Part shown: one piece after another, positions 52,201 to 64,000 of the stretch
How positions within the stretch are numbered: position 1 is the first letter of the stretch
Layout of the letters: each line of letters opens with the position of its first letter
Notes under the pieces: generated by a model
Seen by the model: only the letters and a program-made list of their open reading frames with translations
What the model was told of the DNA's origin: nothing
The model's database searches: none
DNA from: Cenococcum geophilum
Lineage: Eukaryota
Reading direction: 5' to 3'
Assembly (NCBI GenBank): GCA_050273025.1
Contig: CP158635.1
Span: 13,640,001-13,704,000, forward strand
Length of the DNA stretch: 64,000 nt
Made by a program: the position numbers and the translations under genes

Positions 52201-53531
52201 ATAATAAATAGAAATATAAGATAGAACTTAAGAATTATTAATAACTGCTAGACGAGTACCGTAAACGGAACACCCTAGCCTTATAGCTAAAGCGTAGGCG
52301 AAAAGTAAGCGCCGCTATTAAAATATAACCTGTATTAAAGCGGAGCAGGGGACGTCCTAAGGGATTAAAGAACAAGTAATGATTGCTATAAGAACTACGG
52401 CGTATATATAGGGTAAAGTTTTAATTTATTAATATCCTACGTAAGCCACACTCTAACGCAACCCGGCGATACTAGTAAGGCTACGGCGTATACCGGCAAC
52501 GAAGCTTAATTTAGAAAGCACCCTTCCTAGACCTAGTCCGTCACTCTATACTAGCTAAGCAGATTGTTTATATATTAGAAAATAGGCTTATTTATAACCG
52601 GGGTCTATTTAACTGGGGTTTACGACTTATTAGTAACCTGCTAGTAGCAACCTATACTAACAACTTATACTATTCTACGCATATGCTATATAGATAACGC
52701 GTAAGGCTAAAGCATAAGTTAGCGGCGGATTTAATAGGTATATAGCCTTACCGTCCTAAACCTGGCTGTATGTAAGTAACCTATAACCTACCCGCGAAGT
52801 ATATACGGCGCTACGCCGGTATAGCGTAAGGCTAAAGTAGGGTTAGTGGCGGATTTAATAGGTATATAGCCTTACCGTTTATAAATCTAGCTGTATGCAA
52901 ATAACCTATAACCAACCCGTAAGGTACTAGCGACCTACCTATATAAGTAAGCTTTTAGAATATTTCTAGTCTACTAAATTTAGGCGATAGTATTAAGCTC
53001 TACTGGCTCTACCTGTTAAATAAACTAATTAGGATTTTCTATACCGGGCATATAAAATCGCTACTGGCTTGGTTAAATGTGGGGGAGTCTTAGCAAGGCA
53101 AATCTGACTAATTAGACAACTTTGACCGCCGGTTAAAGTTCCTTAACATCTTTGCGCCGCGCATGTGCACTACCTGTCTCTCTATACGCAAAATTAAGAC
53201 GCTCTTTCCCCTCTAAATTTTTTCCTTACTAAGGTTTTTTATAGGGTTTTATTGAGACTTAAGTATATAAAGGATTGGGGACAACCCTTTTTAAAGGGGG
53301 GGGCATTGTTAGGTAAAACCTAAGTAGATAATTATATAGCCGTAAGGTACGGGCGACCCAGGGGTAACCTAGGGGTAACTCGCCCGTAAGGCACGTGCTC
53401 TATACATGCCTAGGGAAAACCCTTCCTACCTTGCACACAGACTCCTCCTTTTCCCTTAAGGATTCGTCTCTGTCTATACAATATACCTATTATTCTATCA
53501 TTAGACTCCCTATCTATATCCTTACCTTACA
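40267..53531 (+). mobile_element. Ty3/Gypsy chromovirus D, full length (LTRs 40267-40491 and 53307-53531), containing Gypsy E
   Basis: 225-bp LTRs; TSD gaacc/gaacc; PPT aaaggggggggcat; RT motifs RLCVNYRRLNKITIKN, KLDLRNTYYRI and [13 protein letters not shown], chromodomain and AT-hook. Confidence 0.95.
42475..48818 (-). mobile_element. Ty3/Gypsy chromovirus E, full length 6.3 kb (LTRs 42475-42666 and 48627-48818)
   Basis: 192-bp LTRs; TSD ctata/ctata; PPT at 42667; RT motif [10 protein letters not shown] near 45540; chromodomain ~43000-43200. Confidence 0.95.
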
Positions 53532-53826
53532 GAACCCTTATAGAAGACTATTAGCCTATAATTAGTATAGTGGTGGTATATAAACCGCTTATAAGCTAAG
53601 TGGGTATACCCCTTTAAGTAACCTAATCTAAATATTAACTTAAGACTTAAGTTATATAGGGTAATTTATATTAACTACTAGCGCTAGGATAACCCCTATA
53701 GTTAGAGTTTCCTTAAGCTTAAGAATTTAGAAACTATAATAGGCTTATATAAATACTTCTAAACTAAAGCTAGTAGATTACTACTATATAAGAATACTAA
53801 GCTAAGAAGAGAAAAAAGAAGAAGAC

Positions 53827-54361
53827 TATTAGGGGTCGACGTAAATATAAAGGGATTGCTAGGGCGCTAAGGGTAAGCGAGCTAATGGCGATTTTCTATC
53901 CTAGGGATAGAAAATCGTAATAAGTTAGTAAAAGTTAGGGTTAGCAGAATATAGTAGGATTTAGTAGGATTTAGTAGGTAACGCGCCCTAGTACCGCTAT
54001 ATTACCCCCTTCTCCTAAAAAGCCTACCCTTAGGCGTTATCTAAGCTCCTTATTATTATCTAAATTATTATAGTTATCTACCCTTTTTTTTAGCATTTAA
54101 TCTAGTTTTTTAATTTGCGTACTAGTCTAGGGGGGTCTAGGTAGGCTAGATAGAAATCCCGTAACTTATAGGGGGAGTACTTAAAATTAGATATAGGATA
54201 CTATTCTAGGTTATTACTATAGCCTACCTAGCTTATATAGTGTTTTAGGATATTATAACCCTTTTTAACTGCTAGGATTTCTTTAACTTCTTATTCCTTA
54301 TCTTTAGCAATCTAGATTAGTGGTAGGGGGTTATTATACTATCTAGGTAATAGGTTGTCCG
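53827..54361 (-). mobile_element. 3' end of a minus-strand Gypsy (LTR ~53827-54001, PPT, chromodomain), interrupted by Gypsy F
   Basis: The LTR end resembles 39040-39073; PPT ttaccccctt; chromodomain remnant at 54100-54300. Confidence 0.65.
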
Positions 54362-57300
54362 TATTATAGGACACCCCCATAATACCTTATATACGTCCAT
54401 CTATTTCCACCAACTTAGCAACTAAAGACTAACCATAAGATAGCAATCTAATAGCAATTTACAGCAATCTAATAGTAATCTACTATATTTTACTAAGTTC
54501 TACTAAGTTTTACTAAATCCTACTAAGTTCTGCCAGGACTACTACCTAAATCCTATTCTGCTCCGTATACGTATTAATGTGACGGCGCTAGAGCGCGTCG
54601 CCTAGTTAGGGGTTTGGTTAAGACTTGGTATATATATATATAGACGTGGCCTCACCACCTTCTCTTGCTCTTTAGCTTAATATCTTCGTAATACAGCATT
54701 CGTTCGCTTGATCTTGCAAGCATTTATTTAAGTCTCTGTGAAGACATTTGTTCGATAGTTCGAGCCGTTACAATTAACTAAGTAACGAAGTCTATAATAT
54801 ATACCCTTTCTTTTTATTTTCCTATCTTCTCTCCTTACGCAATATCTTAACCTCCTTATACAGTTTATATATATAGCTTAATAATATCTACCTTACTATA
54901 TATTATCGTCGCTTATACTTTCTCCGTAATACTACGTTATATTAACTACCTATACTATTATTAATATGCAGAACGAACCTAAAACTCCTATAACAGCCGC
55001 TAGTATTATATTTATACTTTAGGAATAATTAGTAGGGATATAAAAGTCTTTTATAGACGCCTTTATATAGAACTAAGCCACTTTAAATTAATAATAAGCT
55101 AAACAAGAAGTAAGATACTAATAATTAATTAAAAACCTCTAAGAAGAAATCTGCACCCTTAAGATACCTATACTAGGACCTTAAGACTAAACGCTATTTT
55201 TAGAGATAAATACGCGGAACATAAGCCCCGAACCTATAGTAGTCTCTTACCCTAAGCCAACTACTATACTATAATAATCTAAATAACTACTAGATCCCTT
55301 AGTATTTACTAATAAATAATAAAAGCTTTAATTATTTCTAAGCTAGTTTAAAAATAAGCTAACTAGTAACACTAACTGCTATATAACTAAAGCTAACTAC
55401 TCTATTACGCCCTAAGTTAAGTAAAAGAAAAGGTAGCTAACCTTATTAAACCTTTTTAGCCAAACTTAGTATAAAGCCTAATTATACTTCTTAAAGCTAT
55501 ATATAGTAACCTAAACCGCTAAGCTACTACTTAGAGGAAAATAAACTATATAGCTTAAGGAACGAAAAGTTTCCTAATATACTTCTCTAAATTTAACTAT
55601 TACGTAAAGGAAACTGGCTAGAACGACTCTATACTAGTTAATAGCCCTATTAAATCTCTAAGTCTTAAACTAAAAACCTTCCTAATAGGCGTAGACCTAC
55701 TAGAAGCCCTTAATGCCTATATAAACGTTATTAATAAACGGTATAATAATATACTACGCCTAATACTAAAACACGTTCCTTAATATAATATAATAGCCCT
55801 ATAAACGTCTACTAAGTTATTTTAGCTTAAGCACCCTAACGCTATAGATATTAACACTAAAACCCTAGGATATGCCCTACTAGGGTCCTCTAAATAAGAA
55901 TAACGCATTAAGCTAGGTCTTTGCTTTAAATATAGAAGTAACTCCTACCTTTTTAATTACTACTCCGTCCCTATACCTAAATATAATTTATAAACGGCTA
56001 ATACTAGCAACTATTTACCGTATTAATCTTCTAGTTACTATCCCTAATCTTTACCTAGTTCTAGCCCTATACCTAGTAAACACTACTTATAAGGGCAAAG
56101 CTATAACTAATATTTTATAGGAACCCCTTCCTACTTACTACTAAAAGGTATATCTTAGAGTTAAGTCGCTTTTCGGGACGGCTCTACCTTAGGATCTTGT
56201 TAAATATTTTAGATATTATAAACTCTAACTCTTAGGATTATAGTATACCTATTAACTATTATTTTTAGCAGAATAATTAATAGGCTAATATTTAAGTCCT
56301 AATTAATATAAGAGCTATTGGTATAGGATTTATTAATAAGATCTTTATATAAGATAATAGTTTTACCCTAACCCCCCTTAACTAATATATTAACGTATTT
56401 AGATTTAATAGTAAATATACAGTCTTAGGCTAAATTACCTATATAGTATATCTAAGACTCTAATATCTAAACTATAAAGAACTAATTAGGCTTTTTATTA
56501 CCACCCTAGGTTACCTAGTAATTCTTAAATAACCCTAAATAAAGCTATATAAGGTAACTATTAATTAAAATAACCTTAAACTTCTATTTACCGCCTCCTA
56601 TTATAGGCGGAAGTGCCTTATAACTTACTACTTAGACCCTAAACTAAAATTTAAAAAACCCACTAAGATCCACTAGTCTAAAATTTCTACTAACGTCCAC
56701 CTTATACCTGAAGAATCTACTTAATTCTACTAAAGTTTACCGGTATAAAACTCCTACTAATACCCACCAAGGATCTAGAAATTCTACCAAGTTCCATAAG
56801 TTATTATTAAGCACTATACCGTCCTAAACTAAGTAGAAGCTAAAGCTTAGTATATAAAACTACTAAAAGAACTAGTATTCTGTAATAAAAAGAATACTTA
56901 AAGAACCTAAACCTAAATTTAATACCAACTCTATACCTAATATTAAACCTAAAGCTAAATAGGAAACTGTATAAGAAACTATAAACGGCCTAAGTAAATG
57001 TAATACTATAAACATTTATATAATTAAAGCTACCCTACTAGCGTAACTCGCAAAGAAACCTAAATATATAATCTTCGCTATTATAATAGCCGATATTAAG
57101 AAGGCCTTAGTACTAAAGAAGCACACTAACCTTACCATAAAGGTACTAGTAAAGTATTATTACTATCTAAATACATTCTTATAAAAAGAAGCTAATAAAC
57201 TACTAGAATACCAACTATATAACTATAAGATTATACTTAAAAAAGGAAAGCAGCCTAGATTTAGACCCTTATACGGAATGTCTTAAAATAAACTCTAAGT

Positions 57301-57623
57301 GCTATAAAAGTATTTAGATAAGAACCTAAGCAAAGAATTTATTAGAGTAAGTGCGTCGCCTATAGCCGTATTAGTAATCTTTATTAAGAAACTCAGTGGC
57401 GGTTTACGCTTCTATATAAACTAATAAGCTCTTAATACCGTTACCGTTAAGAACTAATATCTAATCCTATTAATATAGAAGATACTAAACTAACTAAGTA
57501 AGGCTTACTACTATATGAAGCTTAGTATTATTTTTATATTTAACCGCCTTTATATAGCAAAAGGAGATAAATAGCTTATAGTATTTCGTACTTGGTATAG
57601 ATTATTTAAATACTTAATAACGC
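54362..57623 (+). mobile_element. Gypsy F, 5' part (LTR ~54362-54860, gag from ~54966, PR, start of RT), interrupted by Gypsy G
   Basis: De-RIPed gag motifs LPDP.VFT and AMDID plus a Zn knuckle (GLCFKCGS); RT motifs GPLYGMSQNEL and GGLRFC. Confidence 0.8.
54578..54772. mobile_element. Solo LTR inside the LTR of Gypsy F
   Basis: Near-identical to 16554-16746; TSD attaa/attaa. Confidence 0.92.
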
Positions 57624-60600
57624 TGTTATGAGGGCGTAAAGAGGCTTTGGGGCAGATTCGAAGGAATAATATAAATTCTATCTAAATCTATAGGTATAGC
57701 TCTTGTAGAGAATAAGACATTGCGTAAAAAAGAGAAAGGAATAATATAAGAATCTTATAATTAAATAGTTAGGGGTCTTAGTGGCTAATACGTACGCAAT
57801 CTTCTAACGAACTTTAGTAGAATCTAGTAGAATTTAGCAGAAGTTAATTTAGCTAGCAGAATTTAGTAAAATTTAATTAAGTTAGCAGAATTTAACAGAA
57901 TTTATCTATTAAGTATTTCATAAAGATATTCTTGCTATAACTAGGCTAGTCCTATTATACTACCCCCCTCCTTTAACTAGAGGCTTAAATAATTCAATAT
58001 TCTAAGGCTTTAGTTTCGCCGTGTTATAGGTATTATAATTTATTTTAAGTTCTTTTTAATTTTAAGCTTTCTACTATTGTTTTTCGTGTATTTATATCGG
58101 GTGGCAGTTATTTACCTTCGTGTTGTGTCTATCCAGCTAGAGTAGGCCGCGAAGGATAGTCTTTATGGAATTCTTTTACTAGGGAAGGCGCGTCGGCCTT
58201 AATCTATTTGTAGATTTCCCAGGTTCGCGTTTTATATCCTTCTTATTTAATAAAATTTTTAAATTATTTAAATTATGTCTTCTACTATATATTATTAATT
58301 AAGTTAATAAAGTAAGAACCGTTACTGTTATTAACAATTATAAGAGGTAGCGGCGGCATTTCGCAAGTTAAGGGTTTACCCTTTAAAGGTTGCAGCAAGC
58401 TTATATAAAACGTTAGGTATATTTTTATCTTAGTTAGTAGTTTGAGCTTATAGGCGTATAGGCTTAGTTTCTTTTTAATTTAGTATAGGCCTATAAACTT
58501 CTAATTAAGTTTCTTTAAGGGCCGTTAAGTCTTTATATTTCGTATATTTAGGTAAACTATATTACCTTCTTTAAAGTCCTATACGGGAGCTTGTTCTTTA
58601 TTTATATGCCATTTCTATACTATTTAAGCGTATATTAATTTGCTTTATAGTAGTTCCGTTAACTACTTAATTTAATTAGTAAAGTTATACGCATTAATTA
58701 ACTAAATCTGTTTAATTATGGGTCCTATTATATTAATTTTGGGTTATAGTTTAAATCTAAGTTAAGGGTCTTATCCGTAAGTTACGTAGAATGGCGTTAC
58801 GACTATTAATACGTTTATTATATTATTTACAGTAAACTTAGCTAAAGGCAGCCATTTTTCCCAGTCGTTTTACAGGTAGGAGTAGTATATTTATAGGTAT
58901 TATTCTATAATCGCGTTTATAATTTTAGTTTATCTATCTGTCTTTAGATAAAAATATAGTTAAAAGTTGTATTTATATACTTAATTGCTTATATAGGGCT
59001 TACTAAAAGTCTAAAACGAACTAGCTTCCGTAGCCGGATATTATTAAATTAGGAAGTCTATATAGCTTAAAGACGTACTTAATAAAATATTTAGCTACTA
59101 ATATTGTATTAATTAAGTCTATAGGAATTATATATCGCATTTTTATAAAACGGTTAATAACTACTATAATATTCGTAAACCTATTACTATTAGGCAGGTT
59201 AACTATAAAGTTAATTAAAATATCTCGCTATCTTTGCATTGGAATTAGCAATAGTTAAAATACCCCTTACTTCTTTATATAAGAGGTCTTCCTATATACG
59301 TACATTCTGTAGGCTTAAACGTATTTTTATATATAGTTATATATTATAGGCTAGTAGTATACTCGTTAGATAATCTTATAGGTCTTTATATAGCTAGGAT
59401 GCCCTACTATAGGGGAATTATATATAAATTTAAGTATTTTAAATTATAAGGGTTTGGAATTTGGGCCTACTATCTTCTGTTAATAGTATAACCAATTATT
59501 ACGGATTTAATATTTAGTAAGTATAATATTCTTATATTACCGTTTCCCTATTTAAATTGCTTTTATTATATTTGCTATCTAAAGGTCGTTCTTACATTTA
59601 TATTCTATTAGTTTATTAATTTCTATATCCTACTTATTAATTTCTAATTTATTTCTATTAAGCTCCGTATTTAGAAATATAAGATATAGTTTCTTAAAGT
59701 ATTTAGGGGGCAGTAGAATTTGTAATTAATTTATAATCCATTCGTCTAAAGCGTTTATAGGTAAGTCCTATAATTATTATATTAATAAGTTAGGCTTTTA
59801 ATTAAGTTTACTAGGTCGGTATATAATCTTAAAGTTAAATTATAAGAGGTATTCGGCCTAATAAATTTAGTGTTATATTAATTGCTTTATAGTTATAAAG
59901 TACTATAGGTTTTTATAGTCCGTTAATACGCGTATTAGGAATAATAATCCTTTAAGTTTTAGACGCTATTATTTAAAGTATTTAATAATTATAAGCAGTT
60001 CCTTATTATATAACTTATAGTTTAATTTAGTAAAGGTAAGCTTCTGGAAAAAAAGGCTACTAGGCGTAGCTCGCCATTCTTATTATATTGCAATAATACT
60101 CCTCCTAATATATAGTTAGACGAGTCTATTTTAACAATATATTTAAGGTTAGAATTAAAGTAGGCGAGTATTAAAGCAGTTATAAAACGATATTTTAGGT
60201 TGTTAAAAGCTTATTTATATTTAGTAGTCTATTTAAATCTTATATTCTTCCTTATTAAGTTTACTAATAGCTAATTAATTTTAAGAAGTAATTAATAAAT
60301 TAATAATAGAAATTTATAAATCTTAAAAATCCTTAAGTATCTTATATACTGCTAGAACTTTCCTAGTTTATAATTACAGCAATTTTCTTAGGGTTTATTT
60401 TAATTCTATTATGGGATATAATTAGGCCTAAGTATATAACTTCAGACGCGTAGAACTTATATTTCTTAATATCGCATTATAAGCCCGCGTCTTATAGGCG
60501 TTTAAGAATTATTTAAGTATACTTTTAATATATAGAAAGCAAGGATAAGTAGATTAAATTATTATTAATATACGCGGTAATAAATATATTAAGGAATTTA

Positions 60601-63600
60601 CGGAGTGTATTATTAATATATTACTAAAACGTACTAGGACCGTTCTATATACTAAACGGCATTACTAGGTATTTAAAGAGTCCCCATTATATATAGAAGG
60701 CTATATACTTCTTATCTCCTTTATAAACACAAATTCGATTAAAGGCAGTAACTATATTAAGCTTTATAAAATATTATACTTTTACTAAGCGGTTAAGCGT
60801 CTCTTAATTTAGGGGAATTAGATACCAGTTTTAAATTATAATTACGTTTAAAGCTTAGTAATTAATATAGAATCTTAAGCCTCCTTCTAGCTTTTTAATA
60901 AATAGTATAGGTAAGGTAAATAGTAATTAACTAGGGCGGATAAATCCTTTTTCTAGATATTCCTTAAGGTATTATTGCATTATAAATAGCTCTTCCTATA
61001 ACATTCTATATAATAGACCGAACTTTAATATTATACTAGGTTTAAGTTCTATCTTAAAATCGTATTCCTCTTAATGTGGGGGTAGTTAGTCTATAAATCG
61101 TTTTTTAAACTTATTAATTAGATTATAGTACTCTTTAGGTATAAGAGTTTAAGGGTTAATATATTGCTTTTATTCTAGCGCTTTTTTAATATCTTCTATT
61201 ATTATAGTAAAGATTTTATAGTTTTGTTTTTTTGCTAATAAAATATAAGGTACAGCTTATATTATACGAATTTTAAGAGGGTTTAGTATAACGTCTTTAC
61301 ATTCTTTACTATAATTGGCAGTTATAGCCTTATTATTTTAATTTAAAATTTGTAATGGGGGCAGTTTATATTGTATTAAGTTTAGGTAGTCTTGTGTGTA
61401 TTTGTGGGGTAGGTAGTATTTTAAATAATAGCTTTAGCAGTAACGTATTCCATTACTAAGTGTCCAACATCACCGAGTGTCCGATAATTTCCTTAGCGTT
61501 TACCATCTACCTTTATACAACCATGTCTTAACAAAACAATATACAATCTATTTAAAAAGATAGTAGAATTAATCTAGCTTTATAAGCCTATCTTTAAGGC
61601 TAATTTTAAAGTGCCGAAGCTGCTGCTAAATCGTTTAATATTAATCCCCATACCCTCCGCCGACGCGTTAACGGAATGCAGGCACGACGCGATTATATCC
61701 TAAATGGCTACAAGCTTACCCAGACCGAAGAGCAGACAATCGTCCAATACATCCTTGACCTTAATTTATAAGGGTTTCCTCCCCAACAGTGTAAGGTAGA
61801 AGATATGGCAAATAAACTATTAAGTGCGTGGGGTAGAGAGCCAGTAGGTAAATGCTAGGTAGAGAGGTTTGTAACGCGTTTAAATAAGCTTAAAATGGCT
61901 TTTAACCGAGTAAAGGACCGTTAAAGGATACAGCAGGAAGATCTAAAAGTCATTAGCGCGTAGTTTAAGCTTATTAAGGAGACTAAAGACAAGTATGGTG
62001 TCCAGGATAATAATATACACAACTTTAACGAGACTAGCTTCTAGATGGGCGTTATTAGGTCTATGAAAGTGGTTACTAGCTTTGAGAGACGTACTCAACC
62101 AGAGCTCATTTAGCCAGGCGATTGAGAGTAAGTTACTATTATTTAGAGTATCTACGCCGCGGGGTACGCAATCCTACCGTTTATTATCTATAAAGGGCGC
62201 GTCTACATCTTTACGTGGTATAAAGAAGCTAGAATACCACACAATTGGAAACTCTCTGTCTTAAAAAACAGCTAGACCAATAACAAGCTTAAAGTTGCGT
62301 GGTTAAAGCACTTTAACGCGTATACAAAGGATCAAATAGTAGGGTCTTAGAGGCTCCTTATTTTAGACGGTTATAAAAGCCACCAATCTTAAGATTTTAA
62401 GGACTATTGCCTTAAAAATAGAATCCTTACGCTCTATATGCCCGCCTATTTATTATATATATTACAGCCTCTAGATATAGTCTGCTTTACGCCGTTAAAG
62501 CTAAAGTACTCCTAGCGCGTTTAAGACTTAGCACGCTAGCGCGTCTTCTATATTAATAAGGAAGCCTTTTTACCAGTCTTTAAAGACGCGTTTTTTAACG
62601 TGTTTACAATAGAGAACTATTAAAAGGCCTTTAAAGCGTCAGGTCTTATTCCACTAAACCCGTTAATGGTACTTAACCGTCTTAAAGTACGGTTATATAC
62701 CCCACTAGCACCCCTACTACTAGAGACCCCCTAGCAGTTAAAGACTCCGTCTAATATGCTTAAGTTTAGATTACAGTTAAAGCTAGTAAAGAAATCCTTT
62801 ACTAGATCGCCTATAACGGCCTAGTCTTGCTTTTAATAGCTTATTAAAGGTGCTAAACTAATACTGCACCAAAACGCGCTTTAAGAGTCACGGATTACTA
62901 AGCTTAAAAAACAATTAGCAGTAATAACTAAGCGGAAGGGTTATAAAAGGAAGTATCTCCAGATAGGTAGCACCTTAGAGTTTGGTATAACAGCTAATCA
63001 AGTAGCTTCTAAAGCATTAGTGGCGGTTAAAAAGGCTTAAAGAGGTGGTGGTAGTAATAGTCAGGATAAGGCACTAGCGACTCAACGTCGCTATAGGAAG
63101 TGTGGCGAGACTAGGCATAATGCGCAAACATATTAAGAGGATAGAGAGCCTTCTTCTAAGTCTAAGGCGAGTACTTAGTATATATTTTCAAATAGTTCTA
63201 GTAGTAATAATAAGGATCCTATTACTTAAGTTGGTCATACTAAGAAATTATTAAACACTTAGTGATGTTAGACACTTGGTAATAAAATACGTTAGGTTAT
63301 ATAGAACTTTAGTATTTCTTTAACCTAGCTAATTAAAGGGTTATATTATTTTAGTTATCCGTATCTAGGTATTACTTTATAATACTTTAGGGGTGTTATA
63401 AATAGGGAAACGTATTTAAGGTATTTGCCTATTTACAATTTTATAAGAGCGTAATACGTCAGTTTACTATATATTAAGGGTTTACTATTAAAGCCTTATA
63501 GGCCTTAGGGCTTATTAAGTTTCTTTAAATTTAAGCGTTAGGTTTTCGCGTAGTTTATATTAATAAAGCCTATACTAGTAGCTCTGCTATCTATTAGGAT

Positions 63601-64000
63601 TTATACCTTCTTCTATTTTCTAAATATTTAAATTTCGCTAAGTATATTAAAGGAGTTATATTATATATTAGCGCTAGAAAAGCCTAGATACTTATACTCT
63701 TCTACTTTTTATTTTAAGGCGCAACTTAGCCTTAGGACGATTTATTTTCCAAATTAACTAAAGGTGAGATGCTTTATAGCGACTAAGTATAGTTTATAGA
63801 ATAGGTATAATTTAAGGATTAGGGGGAACTACAGCGGACCCTTTTAAAAGGGTAAGTTTAATAATTCCTTTAAATATCCCTTTTTACTATATCTAAAGTA
63901 TTTTCTATTTACGGCTTAAGTTCTTTATTTATTAGCTCCTAAGGGTATATAGGATTAGGTAGCATTAAGGTCTATAGGGTTATATATAGGGCTTTTAGGT
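57624..64000 (-). mobile_element. Gypsy chromovirus G (3' LTR 57624-57959; chromodomain, IN, RH, RT, PR), running off the window and containing a Fot1-like element
   Basis: TGTTATG LTR start; PPT ctacccccctcc; minus-strand pol motifs such as GLFKYLVMPF and QNDWEKWLPLA. Confidence 0.88.
61443..63292 (+). mobile_element. Fot1/pogo-type Tc1-mariner transposon (1850 bp) with a RIPed transposase ~61523-63230
   Basis: ~50-bp TIRs ACGTATTCCATTACTAAGTGTCC, TA TSD; de-RIPed HNFDETGF, RLLILDGHESH, LQPLDI and C-terminal CGKCGETGHNAQTC. Confidence 0.95.

Larger units (their letters stand above)
39584..53826 (+). mobile_element. 5' part of a plus-strand Gypsy (LTR ~39584-39797, self-priming-type PBS, gag remnant) hosting Gypsy D
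   Basis: The LTR is followed by tttaaatcctt, complementary to aaggattt inside the LTR; sequence continues across the gaacc TSD of D. Confidence 0.6.

Noticed and set aside
1..64000. Starship captain (tyrosine recombinase), Helitron, tRNA or rRNA genes
   Set aside because: No supporting motifs were recognised by eye; heavily RIPed remnants cannot be fully excluded without HMM searches.

Overview
Filamentous-ascomycete heterochromatin-type window. It is almost entirely nested transposable elements inactivated by repeat-induced point mutation (RIP; CpA->TpA and TpG->TpA, so TAA/TAG stops are everywhere). Resolved by hand from LTR/TIR ends and target-site duplications (TSDs): 2 Ty1/Copia elements, at least 9 Ty3/Gypsy elements or fragments, 4 solo LTRs, a piggyBac-like element, three IS630/Tc1-mariner copies, a Fot1/pogo element and two copies of a foldback MITE. 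The only intact gene is a 4-exon, 462-aa BBE-like FAD-linked oxidoreductase (35209-36742). Main observations: (1) a ~30.3 kb TE stack appears to sit in one TA 99 nt upstream of that gene's ATG, leaving its probable upstream DNA at ~4600-4827; (2) one MITE copy carries the same Tc1 element at the same site in both TIRs, in mirror orientation; (3) one Gypsy family carries an antisense, intron-containing Zn2Cys6-like/coiled-coil ORF; (4) CCAAT-plus-palindrome modules are shared by the 3' ends of different Copia and Gypsy elements; (5) one integrase ends in a chromodomain plus AT-hook; (6) the piggyBac-like element has unusual doubled ends. TE proteins were read by manually reversing RIP changes, so they are reconstructions.
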